This document shows positions 39,317 through 50,480 of a stretch of DNA of 64,000 nt, piece after piece. The DNA lies in the NCBI RefSeq assembly GCF_006345805.1, contig NC_042998.1:65410001-65474000 (forward strand). The letters are read 5' to 3'. Every line of letters starts with the position of its first letter. Position 1 is the stretch's first letter. A program made the translations under genes and the position numbers. Source of the stretch: Octopus sinensis (taxonomy: Eukaryota). The notes under the pieces were generated by a model. The model made no database searches. It was given only the letters and a program-made list of their open reading frames with translations, and had not been told where the DNA came from.

Positions 39317-39470
39317 GAAATAGAAAGATGAATAATCTTGTTGCAGATTAATCAAAAGTTTAACCGATACCTTGGTAGCAAAAATCACAGCAGAAGCCAG
39401 CACGGTTGGAGGTACAACCCTATGGTGTTGCAACCGTGCGTTGGTGCGGATAATTGAATTTTAATATTAT

Positions 39471-40722
39471 TAGTGAATTGAAGAAATGGAGTTGAACGAA
39501 GATTGAACAGAAATCGTTTTATTGCATTCTACACGTGTTTCGAAAGGCACAATTTACCAAATTCCGATTGAATAAGGAGACCATATTATGTCTTTCTCTT
39601 CAGGAAGAAATAGGAAATCCGTTGGAAAAAACAAAAACAGAACAGAGGCGGAGCAAAACAAATCGAACGAGGCTCCTAAGAGCCCATGGCCAAACTGTTT
39701 ATCAAAGTATGTTGAAAACGGGTGGTGGGTGCGTTGAAGATTTTAACGGGTCAGGCAGCGGTCATTCCAGTGGGTGAGAGCACGGGTGCTTAGATGTTCT
39801 TTGTGACCGAGACTAAAGTTCTGACTATTTAAAGAATATTAGGTGTATTATATGGGGCGAGGCAAAATCTATTTAGAAACATGTGTGTGTGTACGTAAAC
39901 AGCCCTACACAATGGTCACTGCTGTAAAATCAGTCGGGTGGCAGAAAAATATTTTATGTGTGCGTGTGTTCGTCTAATCATGCCTTGTCAAAGAAACCCC
40001 CCGTCGTCAAAAACCACCATTCGTCTCCCAGGAGTAATTCCCCTTGCAATGGTTAATCATATTTCTCTTAAAAGCTATTTCAGAATTTTTTTGCAAGGGC
40101 TATTTTCATATAAGTAGTGTAACCGGGTGCAGGTATTATTTATAAGCGTTATTTATAAGCAAGACGGGGGGTTTCTTTGACAAGGCATGATTAGACGAAC
40201 ACACGCACACATAAAATATTTTTCTGCCACCCGACTGATTTTACAGCAGTGACCATTACTGATTTTACAGCAGTGACCATTGTGTAGGGCTGTTTACGTA
40301 CACACACACATGTTTCTAAATAGATTTTGCCTCGCCCCATATAATACACCTAATATTTTTTAAATAGTCAGAACTTTAGTCTCGGTCACAAAGAACATCT
40401 AAGCACCACGTGCTCTCATCCACTGGAATGACCGCTGCCTGACCCGTTAAAATCTTCAACGCACCCACCACCCGTTTTCAACATACTTTGATAAACAGTT
40501 TGGCCATGGGCTCTTAGGAGCCTCATTCGATTTGTTTTGCTCCGCCTCTGTTCTGTTTTTGTTTTTTCCAACGGATTTCCTATTTCTTCCTGAAGAGAAA
40601 GACACAATATGGTCTCCTCATTCAATCGGAATTTGGTAAATTGTGCCTTTCGAAACACGTGTAGAATGCAATAAAACGATTTCTGTTCAATCTTCGTTCA
40701 ACTCCATTTCTTCAATTCACTA
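39471..40722. repeat. foldback element: ~535-bp near-identical inverted arms with a 157-bp spacer
   Basis: 39471-40005 is the reverse complement of 40163-40722, apart from a few substitutions, a 1-bp indel and a 24-bp tandem duplication (40234-40281). Confidence 0.95.
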
Positions 40723-40782
40723 TAATATATATGTATAAATATATGTATAAATATATATATAATATATATATATATATTATAA

Positions 40783-40841
<59 letters not shown>

Positions 40842-40916
40842 TATATATCTATAATATATATATATATATATATATTAATATATTATATATATAATATATA
40901 AATATATAATATATAT

Positions 40917-41008
<92 letters not shown>

Positions 41009-41015
41009 ACAGACT
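40917..41015. repeat. (ATAG)n tetranucleotide microsatellite after a long (TA)-rich tract
   Basis: Directly visible. Confidence 0.95.
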
Positions 41016-41749
41016 GATAGATAGATGTAAATATATATACATACATATATACAGGTACATACATATTCATATATAGAATACCCTGTCTATGTGAGTGTCC
41101 TCAATTCATGCTCATCCCTCTACATCAATCCGTACCAACCTGGGTTACATGAATAATTTGACCTTCGAAGGTATATGTTCTTGATGTATTTTTTTAATTA
41201 AAAATAAATAATATTGCTTTATATATAAAGATTCACTTCTTCATATCTTTTTCTCAACTTCCAGTGTTTGAGCTTCCTGTCCTTGTCTTCCTAACCAGCT
41301 ATTTCCATACATACGTACGTATACATCCTTACAGTCGTGACGGTATCTAAATGTACTTTCATATCAGAAAAAAGTTTCATACGGAGATAGACGACTTTTT
41401 TTCTCAATTAAATGAGGTACTATATATTGTACATTGGTTTTCCAATACATATTTCGGATTTTTTGTAAAAAGTCGCCTTATTAAAACTTGATATTTCACA
41501 ATTAAATCCTATGTGATTATTCTTGCGGCAAATCGACTTATTAACACTTTCACGTAATTGTTTTGTCCATTTCAACTTAGTCATTGAGTAACCAGCTATT
41601 TAGACACACAGACACACACAGGCGTATGTATACAGCATAGCAGTTGTTATGATCTCAGATAAAAATGAATTCCAAAAGTTAATTTCATTTTTTATATTCT
41701 CCGACTTTCCATTTGCGTAAGATCTATACCTGTGTGTGTGTGTGTGTGT

Positions 41750-41797
<48 letters not shown>

Positions 41798-42180
41798 AAC
41801 TTCATACGGGGATTTCATTTAATTGATCAATTGTCAACAAGGCATAGCTACAGATATCTGCCTCACCCTCCGATGTTCGATAATCATAACTTTCAGAAAA
41901 ATGGAAAGTATATAATTGAAAGTTTGTACGAATATATGTTATATCATGTAGGTTCCGAATGTACAAAGTACTGGGGGGGGGGGTGAAGTGTTTTCGGAGG
42001 ATTTTCGGAAAATTCAATTCGTCTTATAATCTGTATAATCCATGTTTCATTTTACTTTGAGATTTAAATGGAATACTTAAATTTCATTATTTTCTTTAAA
42101 TCGGCAACGCCGAGTATTTCTGCAGTATATGTGTGTATGTATGTGTATATATATATATATATATAATATATATATATATA

Positions 42181-42567
42181 TACTCTTTTACTCGTTTCAG
42201 TCATTTGACTGTGGCCATGCTGGAGCACCGCCTTTAATCGAGCAACTCGACTTATTCTTTGTAAGCCCAGTACTTATTCTATTGGTCTCTTTTGCCGAAC
42301 CGCTATGTGACGGGAACCTAAACACACCAGCATCGGTTGTCAGGCGATGTTGTGGGGGGACAAACACGGACACACGAACACATACACACACACATATATA
42401 TATATACGACAGGCTTCTTTCAGTTTCCGTCTACTAAATCCACTCACAAGGCTTTGGTCGGCCCGAGGCTATAGCAGAAAACACTTGCCCAGATGCCACG
42501 CAGTGGGACTGAACCGGAACCATGTGGTTGGTTAGCAAGCTACTTACCACACAGCCGCTCCTGCACC
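42181..42567 (-). mobile_element. SINE family 1, full length
   Basis: Head ggtgcaggagcggctgtgtggtaagtagc; tail cagcatggccacagtcaaatgactgaaac. Confidence 0.92.
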
Positions 42568-42574
42568 TATATAT

Positions 42575-42660
<86 letters not shown>

Positions 42661-42691
42661 GTATGTATATATATATATATGTATATATATA

Positions 42692-43078
42692 TACTAGCAG
42701 TATCGCCCGGCGTTGCTCAGGTTTGTAAGGGAAATAACTATAAAGCATTTTTAGAGAGTTATAGCAAAAAAGTAGCAAAAAAATGAAAAAAAAATGATGG
42801 TAAATTTTTTTTGAGATTTAAAAAAGGTAGAGTTGCGTCCCCTAGACTATTTGTGGTTCGTATTCCTGATTCTCGACCCCATGTCGAATTTATCGATTTT
42901 TTTCAGAACTGGGGGAACTTTTCAAAATTTTCGCTGCGTTAGTTTTGAATTATGACATTGGGCTATGTGTGTGTCAAGTTTCATCAGAATCGGTGTGAAA
43001 GCCGTGGTCAGGGTGAGGTACAAGCAAACAGACACACAGAAAACGCACAGACAAACTGCCGTTTATATAGAGAGAGAT
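42692..43078 (+). mobile_element. non-autonomous Helitron-like (Lep1/HINE-type) element in a (TA)n tract
   Basis: 5' tactagcagtatcgcccggcgttgctc and 3' aagtttcatcagaatcgg...caaacagacacacaga...tttatatagagagagat: the architecture of microsatellite-associated non-autonomous Helitrons. Confidence 0.6.
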
Positions 43079-43091
43079 ATGTATATATATG

Positions 43092-43138
<47 letters not shown>

Positions 43139-43188
43139 GTATATATATATGTATATATATATATGTATATATATATATATGTATATAT

Positions 43189-43275
<87 letters not shown>

Positions 43276-43281
43276 TATATA

Positions 43282-43384
<103 letters not shown>

Positions 43385-43919
43385 TAAATTTATATTATTA
43401 CCGTAGAGAAGTTTCAGAATATAAACGGAAAGTTCACAATACACGAATAAATCAAACGCAGCTTGAATCTCTGTAAAATTTGATTAATGTTGGGCGTGTA
43501 GAGTTGAGAAATTGTGAAAATGTATCTCCCCATGAGTTTACCAACAATAAATGAAGACCGCATACTATATACGGCAAAAATGATTTAATATCTGGGTAAC
43601 ATTGTGCATCTTCTGAAAATCTCGTCAGATTTGTAATATTTCATTTATGTGATATCTCCCGTCTAGAGAAATGTTATAAACGCAAAACATGCTTGTGGAT
43701 TTTACTCCACTTAGGGAGGCTGGTAAATTTATAGCATATCTGCAATAAAATTCCTGTAAAATTTGCTAAACTGTTAAAACTATAAGAACCCACCCACACA
43801 CACACTCCCTGCTATTGGATACATGAACATAACTATAACTAAATCAATAGGTTCCATTCTATTTCTATCTCTCCCTCACTTCTCACAATCTGTCTCTGTC
43901 TGTCTGTTTCTATCTGTAT

Positions 43920-44236
43920 CTGTGGTAAGAAGCTTGCTTCCCTACCACATGGGTCCCGGTATATTCCCCGACCAAAGCCTTGTGAGTGCATTTGGTAGAC
44001 GAAAAGTAGAATATCGTCGTATATATGTATGTGAGTGTGAGTGCGTGTGTGTGTGTGTGTGTGTGTGTGTTTGTGTATGTGTGTGTCGCCTTCATTTGAC
44101 AATCGAGCGGGGTATGCTTATGTTAGGGGTTCGGCAAAATTCATCGAGAGAATGAGTATTACGCTCACAAAGAATAAGTCCTGGGTTCGATTTCTTTGAC
44201 TAACACACTTCAAGGCCGTAGTCCAGCATGGCCTCA
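43920..44236 (+). mobile_element. decayed SINE family 1
   Basis: tgtggtaagaagcttgctt...accaaagccttgtgagtgcatttggtagacg...ccagcatggcctcagtc. Confidence 0.75.
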
Positions 44237-44270
44237 GTCATCTGTATGTCTGTATGTAGGAATGGATGTG

Positions 44271-44311
<41 letters not shown>

Positions 44312-44409
44312 TATTATATATATCACGGGCGCGCACATACCCACATATACACGCAGATACCTCCACTGTTACACTTTCCTCTCTTAGAAAGAACTTTTGC
44401 TTTGTCCCT

Positions 44410-44600
44410 CCACTCCCGCTCATTCCAATATGTGACTGCATGTGGACAGTTGGCGATTTTTTCTTCCACCTTTCTTTTCTGTTGGAATTTTCTCTGTCTC
44501 CTCTTTCTGAAGAAGATATTTTCTCGAAAATCAGAACATCTTTTCTTCTTTCTCTCTTTCTTTCTTCTTTCTTTCTTTCTTTCTTTCTTTCCCTGTGCGT
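44410..44600 (+). mobile_element. decayed family B element with a hammerhead-like remnant
   Basis: gttggcgattttt is shared with the 8281-8645 element; CTGAAGA-A-GA...TC-GAAA at 44507-44529. Confidence 0.45.
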
Positions 44601-44629
44601 CTTATTAATACTTTGCTAATATCAACAAT

Positions 44630-45610
44630 GCAGAAATTTTATTCACCATATAACTACCATTGCAATCAACACATATTTACCAACGAATTAGAAGTTTGTT
44701 TTTCAGGTATAAAAAAATCTGGAGTTCTGGAGCTGACCAAATTTTTTTGAACACCTTTTTTCACAGGAAACTATCAAGGTGCTTTCAAAAGTGATACTCA
44801 GCAGGATATAGGTCTGGAGAAGAAGTTAGATGAAGCAGAACGTCGTAACCAAGTGCCCCCAATTTCTAGACCGTCATTAGGGAAATCTGTGGTGAGCATT
44901 GTCATGAAGAATGTTTGACCCTATTCTGATGACGAGTCTAGGACGGAAGATTAGCAGTTTTCTGTTCATTTTGGTAATTGAATGCAATATGTTTCTGCAG
45001 TATTGGTTTTTCCGGATTTTAAGAAGTTATGGTGGATACGTCCAGCAGTACACCACTGAACAGTCACCATAACATTCCTTTTGAAGAGCTTGGGTTTAGG
45101 GAATGTTTTTAGTGCTTCATGTTTGTCCGTCTACTGCAAAAAACGTATTTTCTTATTGTACAGAGTCCTGTCTTCATCGCAAGTTACAATACGATTAAAA
45201 ATGAGAAGTTATAGAGAAGAAGCGACGAGCAAATTTCATATCTGCAAATTTTCTGATTTCCATTGAAATTGGATGGTACCCATTTGTTGAACTGTTTTGA
45301 TTTTCGAATCGCATGAAAATGGTTGCAGGCTATTTTCTGGCTAACTTGAAGTTCTTTTGCCAGTTCTTGAGTGGTTTGCCGTTGACCTTTCTCTATGACG
45401 GTCTTTATTGACTGTTATGGATGACAGATGGGCGTCCACTACGCTTCAAGACGCAGGTTTTCACTGTGAGATCATTTAAACCATTTTCGAGCTGGGTACA
45501 CGCTGGTCATTTTCTAAAGAACTGTTTCGACGATATCGCAGGCTGTTTCAGTTGCTTTGCCTCCTTTTGTGAAGTTGAATAGCTCGAATATCGTGCTTTG
45601 ACAGTTCCAT
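44630..45610 (-). pseudogene. decayed mariner transposase
   Basis: MELSKHDIRA, SGRPS, KWVP, FLNRIVTCDED, LHDNAH, GYDVL...SPDL..AEYHF, CVDCNGSY; many stops and frameshifts. Confidence 0.85.
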
Positions 45611-45752
45611 TTCAGATGATTATAACAATGGTGAAAAACATATCAATGTTAATTCATTGATACATTTGGGCAAGACTATGTCTGTATTATCAGACAATTG
45701 CAAAAAATGTTTCAAATTTTAGTTAATTTGTATTTATTTTCAGATCATTAAA

Positions 45753-46783
45753 ATGGAATGTCAAGTTCAGAAAAACGAGCATTTTCGACACCTCCTAAAT
45801 TTTGCTTTGGATCAACGTTCTAAGGCCGAAAAAGCTTCTCGCGACATTTGTGGTGTATATGGAGAGAGTGCCGTAACTGAAAGAACCGCTCGTGATAGGT
45901 ATGCCAAGTTCAAAAATGGAAATTTTGACCTCAAAACGCATCTCGTTTGGACCGTCCAGTTGAGTTCGATGAAGAGCGATTAAACCAACATTTGCACGAA
46001 AATACTCGTCAAACGACAGGGGAACTGACAGAAAATGCTCCCACACTGCTATAGAGAAGCAGCTTCACTCGATGGGAAAGATTCAGAAGCATGGAGCATG
46101 GGTTCCGCATGCTTTAAGTGATAACAGCAGAAATCTGGTTATCTTGCTCGTCACCGCTCAACGCATGGACACGAGCAACGATTTCCTTACCGCCGAATCG
46201 TTACTGGCGACGAAAAATGGTGTTTATACATCAATATGAAGCAGCGTAAGGAATGACTTAGCCCAGTAAACAAGCGGCACAGCGCGTGAATCAAGATTTT
46301 CATCCGCATAAAACGATGTTGTGCGTATGGTGGGAATGGGAAGGATTGTCCCTTATGAATTGCTTGAACGGAACCAAACGGTCAACGCGGAGCTCTCTGT
46401 TCAACAGATGGAACGTCTTAACACGGCTATTCAAGAGAAAAGACCTAATCGGTAGCATGGAGTTCTGCTGCACGGCAACGCCCGTCCTCATATCGCCAAT
46501 ATGACCAAGCAAGCTACGTAAACGCATGGCTGGGAAGTGCTTCCACAGCCATGTACTCTTCTGATTTGGCACCAATGGATTTCCAACTCTTTCGATCACT
46601 TTCAAATGCTATTCGCGGAGTTTCGTTCAATGCTGACGCAGAATTGAGAACTTGGTTGGATGAATTCTTCGATTCGAATTCGGGTGATTTCTACCAATTA
46701 TTGATTAATTAGTTATCGTTTTTTATTAAACATTTTAATCATTTTACATTTAAGAAAATGGCTGGAACTTAGTTGCCAGCCTA

Positions 46784-46784
<1 letters not shown>
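45753..46784 (+). pseudogene. decayed mariner (DD34D) element with 3' TIR
   Basis: MECQVQKNEHFRHLL, IVTGDEKWCLYIN, HKTMLCVWWEWEG, HGNARPHIA, GWEVLP..YSSDLAPMDF; end ...ggaacttagttgccagcctaa followed by TA. Confidence 0.92.
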
Positions 46785-46820
<36 letters not shown>

Positions 46821-47253
46821 ATATATATATACTTACACAGGCGCATAGACACACACACACACACACACACTCATGTATTTACATATATGAGTTTATGCTC
46901 TGGCAGTTACCTGTTTCCTCTTATTTCGTTTCAGATACCGGGTAACCCCCACAGTCCTTTTGTGACACCCAAACTAACCATAAGCTTCTAGGCGAACGAG
47001 ATGGTACGGAACATGCGTTAATGAATTTTATTTGTCTTAATTTTTTCTTCCGATTATTTAACATTCGCCAAATCATAAGACTGTATAATCGTCTTGAAAT
47101 TTAGATTTTCTACTGCAGAATACTTCTGGCTTTGGCTTGGTTTCTGACAGTGTTGATAGCGCTCCTCAGCAATACACCATCTGTACACTCCGGTAACCTT
47201 AGCTATTTACTCTCTGTCTCTCTTTCTCGCTCTCTCTGTCTCTTTCTCTCGCT

Positions 47254-47294
<41 letters not shown>

Positions 47295-47989
47295 CTATAT
47301 ATAATATATACGCCCACACCCACACAATCACACATGCACACAAACACACACATACACATTCACATATACATAAATAGAGATGTATAAATCTTTAAATACC
47401 CAGTCACATTAGAATCTGTTGACTAGCATCGATCGTAAGCACATGCTTCTCAGTACAACTTACACAATCAATGATCGTATCTGTCATTCATACATTGATG
47501 TTCATTTATTCGAAATTAAATATATTGAAAAGACTCTCACAAAATATTGTCTGAAAAGAAAACAACGTTAATATTTTTTACAGTTTTGTGTTTTAAGAAT
47601 AAAAAATTTATTAAAAAATTCATTAATTAAAAATAAGAAAAATAATTACAACCAGTCTGTGATTTGCTCAGACAGACTAGGCCACTGAAATTATATCAAT
47701 ACACATGACAAAGTAAGTCGGTGACATAACAGAAATATTACCACCCCGGGCAAAATAATTAGCAGCATTACGTCATCTTCGCATTCTGAGTTCAAATACG
47801 GCATGTTCTACTTTGTCTTTCAGCCATTCGAGGTCGATAAATAAGTAACAGTTGAAGGGAGTAATTGAATTACTCACTTCTCCAAAGGCCTTGTGCATAC
47901 GTGTATACTTGTATATGTATACATATATGCTTACCTGCACATATATATGTATACATACATACACACACATGTATGTATATATATATATA

Positions 47990-48180
47990 GGGAAAGTTCA
48001 CGAAAAAAACAATAGACGAAGACAGGTGTTGTACAATATAAACAGATGTATTAGTATAACGCTCAGGAATAGAAAACAGTGTTTTACGTTTCGAGCCTAC
48101 GCTCTTCTACAGAAAGGGACACAGAAAACAAGGAGAGAAACCAGGAGAGAAAACAATGTATGTAGTGGCTAACGATCTAT
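47990..48180 (-). mobile_element. short (TA)n-embedded element (family C) with a hammerhead-like motif
   Basis: About 190 bp between TA tracts; shares acgctcagga with family B. Confidence 0.55.
48082..48115 (-). ncRNA. minimal type-I hammerhead-like motif (variant core)
   Basis: TTT-CTGTAGA-A-GAGC(GTAG)GCTC-GAAA-C-GTA-AAA. Perfect 4-bp helix II, ACGT palindrome, GUA triplet; A6 replaced by U. Confidence 0.5.
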
Positions 48181-48594
48181 ATATATACTTACAGACGCTT
48201 GGATATGTGTATGTATAACTATATGTGCGTATGTGTGAGTGGATCTCCTCGGATGTACAGTTTCTATGTATTACTATTGTGCACACTCGCCCCTTTTTGC
48301 TCGATTTTTCCCTTGGTGTGCTGCGTGAGGTATTCGTTTGTGTTTCTTCAATCTGTGAAATTCATAGTTCAACATAATTTTATTCGTAGTAATTTTATTT
48401 CAGAATGACGTATATAAATCTGATTTCCCTGTTTCACATCAATGAAATTGCATTTCAGATCCGACCCTTTCAAATGCAAGTCCATGACAAAAGACAGATC
48501 TAGACACATTTTGGGCAGACTCAAGTTTAAAAAAGCATGGAGTTGGATGAGTTAATTTCATTCGAAGACAGCAACATTTCTAATTTTTACAGAA

Positions 48595-48998
48595 GGCGAA
48601 GGAGTGGCTATGTGGTAACAAGATTGCTTACAAGCCACATGGTTCTGGGTTCAGTCCCACTGCGTGGCACCTTGGGCAAGTGTCTTCTGCTGTATCATCG
48701 GGGCGACCAAACCTTTGTGAGTGGATTTAGTAGACGGAAACTGAAAGAAGCCCGTCGTATATGTGTATTTACATATGTGACTGAGTGTGTATGTGTTTGT
48801 GTGTCTGTGTTTGCCCCCCCCCCAACATTGCTTGACGACCAATGCTGATATGTTTACGTCTCCGTTACCTAGCGGTTCAGCAAAAAATACCGATAGAATA
48901 AGTACTAAGCTTCCAACCAATAAGTACTGGTGTCGAATTGCTCGACTAAACGCGGTGATCCAGCATGGCCGCAGTCAAATAACTGAAACAAGTAAAAG
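48595..48998 (+). mobile_element. SINE family 1
   Basis: ggcgaaggagtggctatgtggtaac head; cagcatggccgcagtcaaataactgaaacaagtaaaag tail. Confidence 0.9.
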
Positions 48999-49233
48999 TT
49001 TGAAGGAGAAAAATAGAGTATATGGAATCATATGTTGAGATCACAGAATAACAAAAGCAGGTGAAACAGGATGCCTATTTATTGCTATTGGCTAGATATT
49101 ATGGATATGGCGTTTGTTTGGAAAATATTCATTGGGAAACGCTCAAGGGTTAGCACTTATATGTAAACCATGCTTTAAACATCAATATTCTTTATTTCGC
49201 CATGTACATACACACATAGATACACACACACAT

Positions 49234-49269
<36 letters not shown>

Positions 49270-49919
49270 TTATGTTTATATGTGTGTATATGCATGTGCG
49301 CGAGCGTATGTGTATATGAGAGTGCGTTATTTACTGATGGTTGCTATAAATTGATATATAGATAACTTACTGAGAAAGCAAACGAGTTCACGTAAGAAGA
49401 AAATAAATGCGCAAATATTGATATGCAATATTGTTTTCAAGAAGAAGTGTATAATTATTAAAAGGATAAACTTCAAAAAAATCAGAGAGTATTTAATTCC
49501 AGCAATTTAAGATTTCCTCATGGATTCCTGAAGCATTTGCAATGGGCCAGTTTCTGAAAAAGATTTAACATACTATATATTATCACTCCATCCACTGTTG
49601 CAGCTTGCACATTGCTTAATAGCTGTGATATGATTTGTTTTTAATGAGATCGATTTCTGATGAACAGATAATAGTCACTTAAGAATAGATTTATTATCCT
49701 TTTACAATCTCGAATCTGCTCTCTTTCCAAAATGTTCTCATTTTATTTTAATTTACACCAACTTAAAACTGTGAATTCTCGTTTTCCTCGAGCTAATTGA
49801 CTTTTAATTTCACACCCTGGAGTATAATTCAGTATAGAACTTATGAAATTGTTTCTAATATATATTTTAATGGCGAAAGTTATTACAGATATGTCTTCGC
49901 ACATGTAAGTATATATATA

Positions 49920-49969
<50 letters not shown>

Positions 49970-49977
49970 ATATATAT

Positions 49978-50011
<34 letters not shown>

Positions 50012-50108
50012 AATATATATATATATAATATATATATATATAAATAATATATATATATATATATTATATATATATATATATATATCCGTGTATATATATA
50101 TATCCGTG

Positions 50109-50148
<40 letters not shown>

Positions 50149-50248
50149 TTAATATTATATATATATATATTATATATATATATATAAAATAAATATATAA
50201 TATGTACTATTATATATAATATATATCTATATATCTATATAAATATAT

Positions 50249-50323
50249 GTTTCAAAAAGGGAAACAAGTCCCTTGCAGTGAATTACCGTCCGATCTCACT
50301 CACCTCTCATCTCATCAAGGTAT
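50249..50323 (+). pseudogene. RT fragment of a different LINE, cut by the assembly gap
   Basis: FKKGNKSLAVNYRPISLTSHLIKV; nucleotide sequence differs from the equivalent region at 52015-52090. Confidence 0.75.
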
Positions 50324-50423
50324 NNNNNNNNNNNNNNNNNNNNNNNNNNNNNNNNNNNNNNNNNNNNNNNNNNNNNNNNNNNNNNNNNNNNNNNNNNNNN
50401 NNNNNNNNNNNNNNNNNNNNNNN
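50324..50423. other. assembly gap (100 N)
   Basis: Run of N. Confidence 1.
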
Positions 50424-50449
50424 CATCAGTATATATATATATATACTGA

Positions 50450-50480
<31 letters not shown>

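Noticed and set aside
39535-40658. Pair of 80-aa ORFs as genes
   Set aside because: They are the same sequence seen twice through the inverted repeat, with no motifs and no ATG start.
39471-40722. CACTA/EnSpm transposon
   Set aside because: The termini are TAGTG...CACTA, the reverse of a CACTA element, and there is no 2-3 bp TSD other than the palindromic TA.
44926-44950. CTGATGA...GGAAG as a hammerhead
   Set aside because: It is the antisense of the mariner coding region and has no GAAA or helix III.
46911-47002. Exon candidates on both strands (good-looking AG and GT sites)
   Set aside because: All three frames contain stops on each strand.
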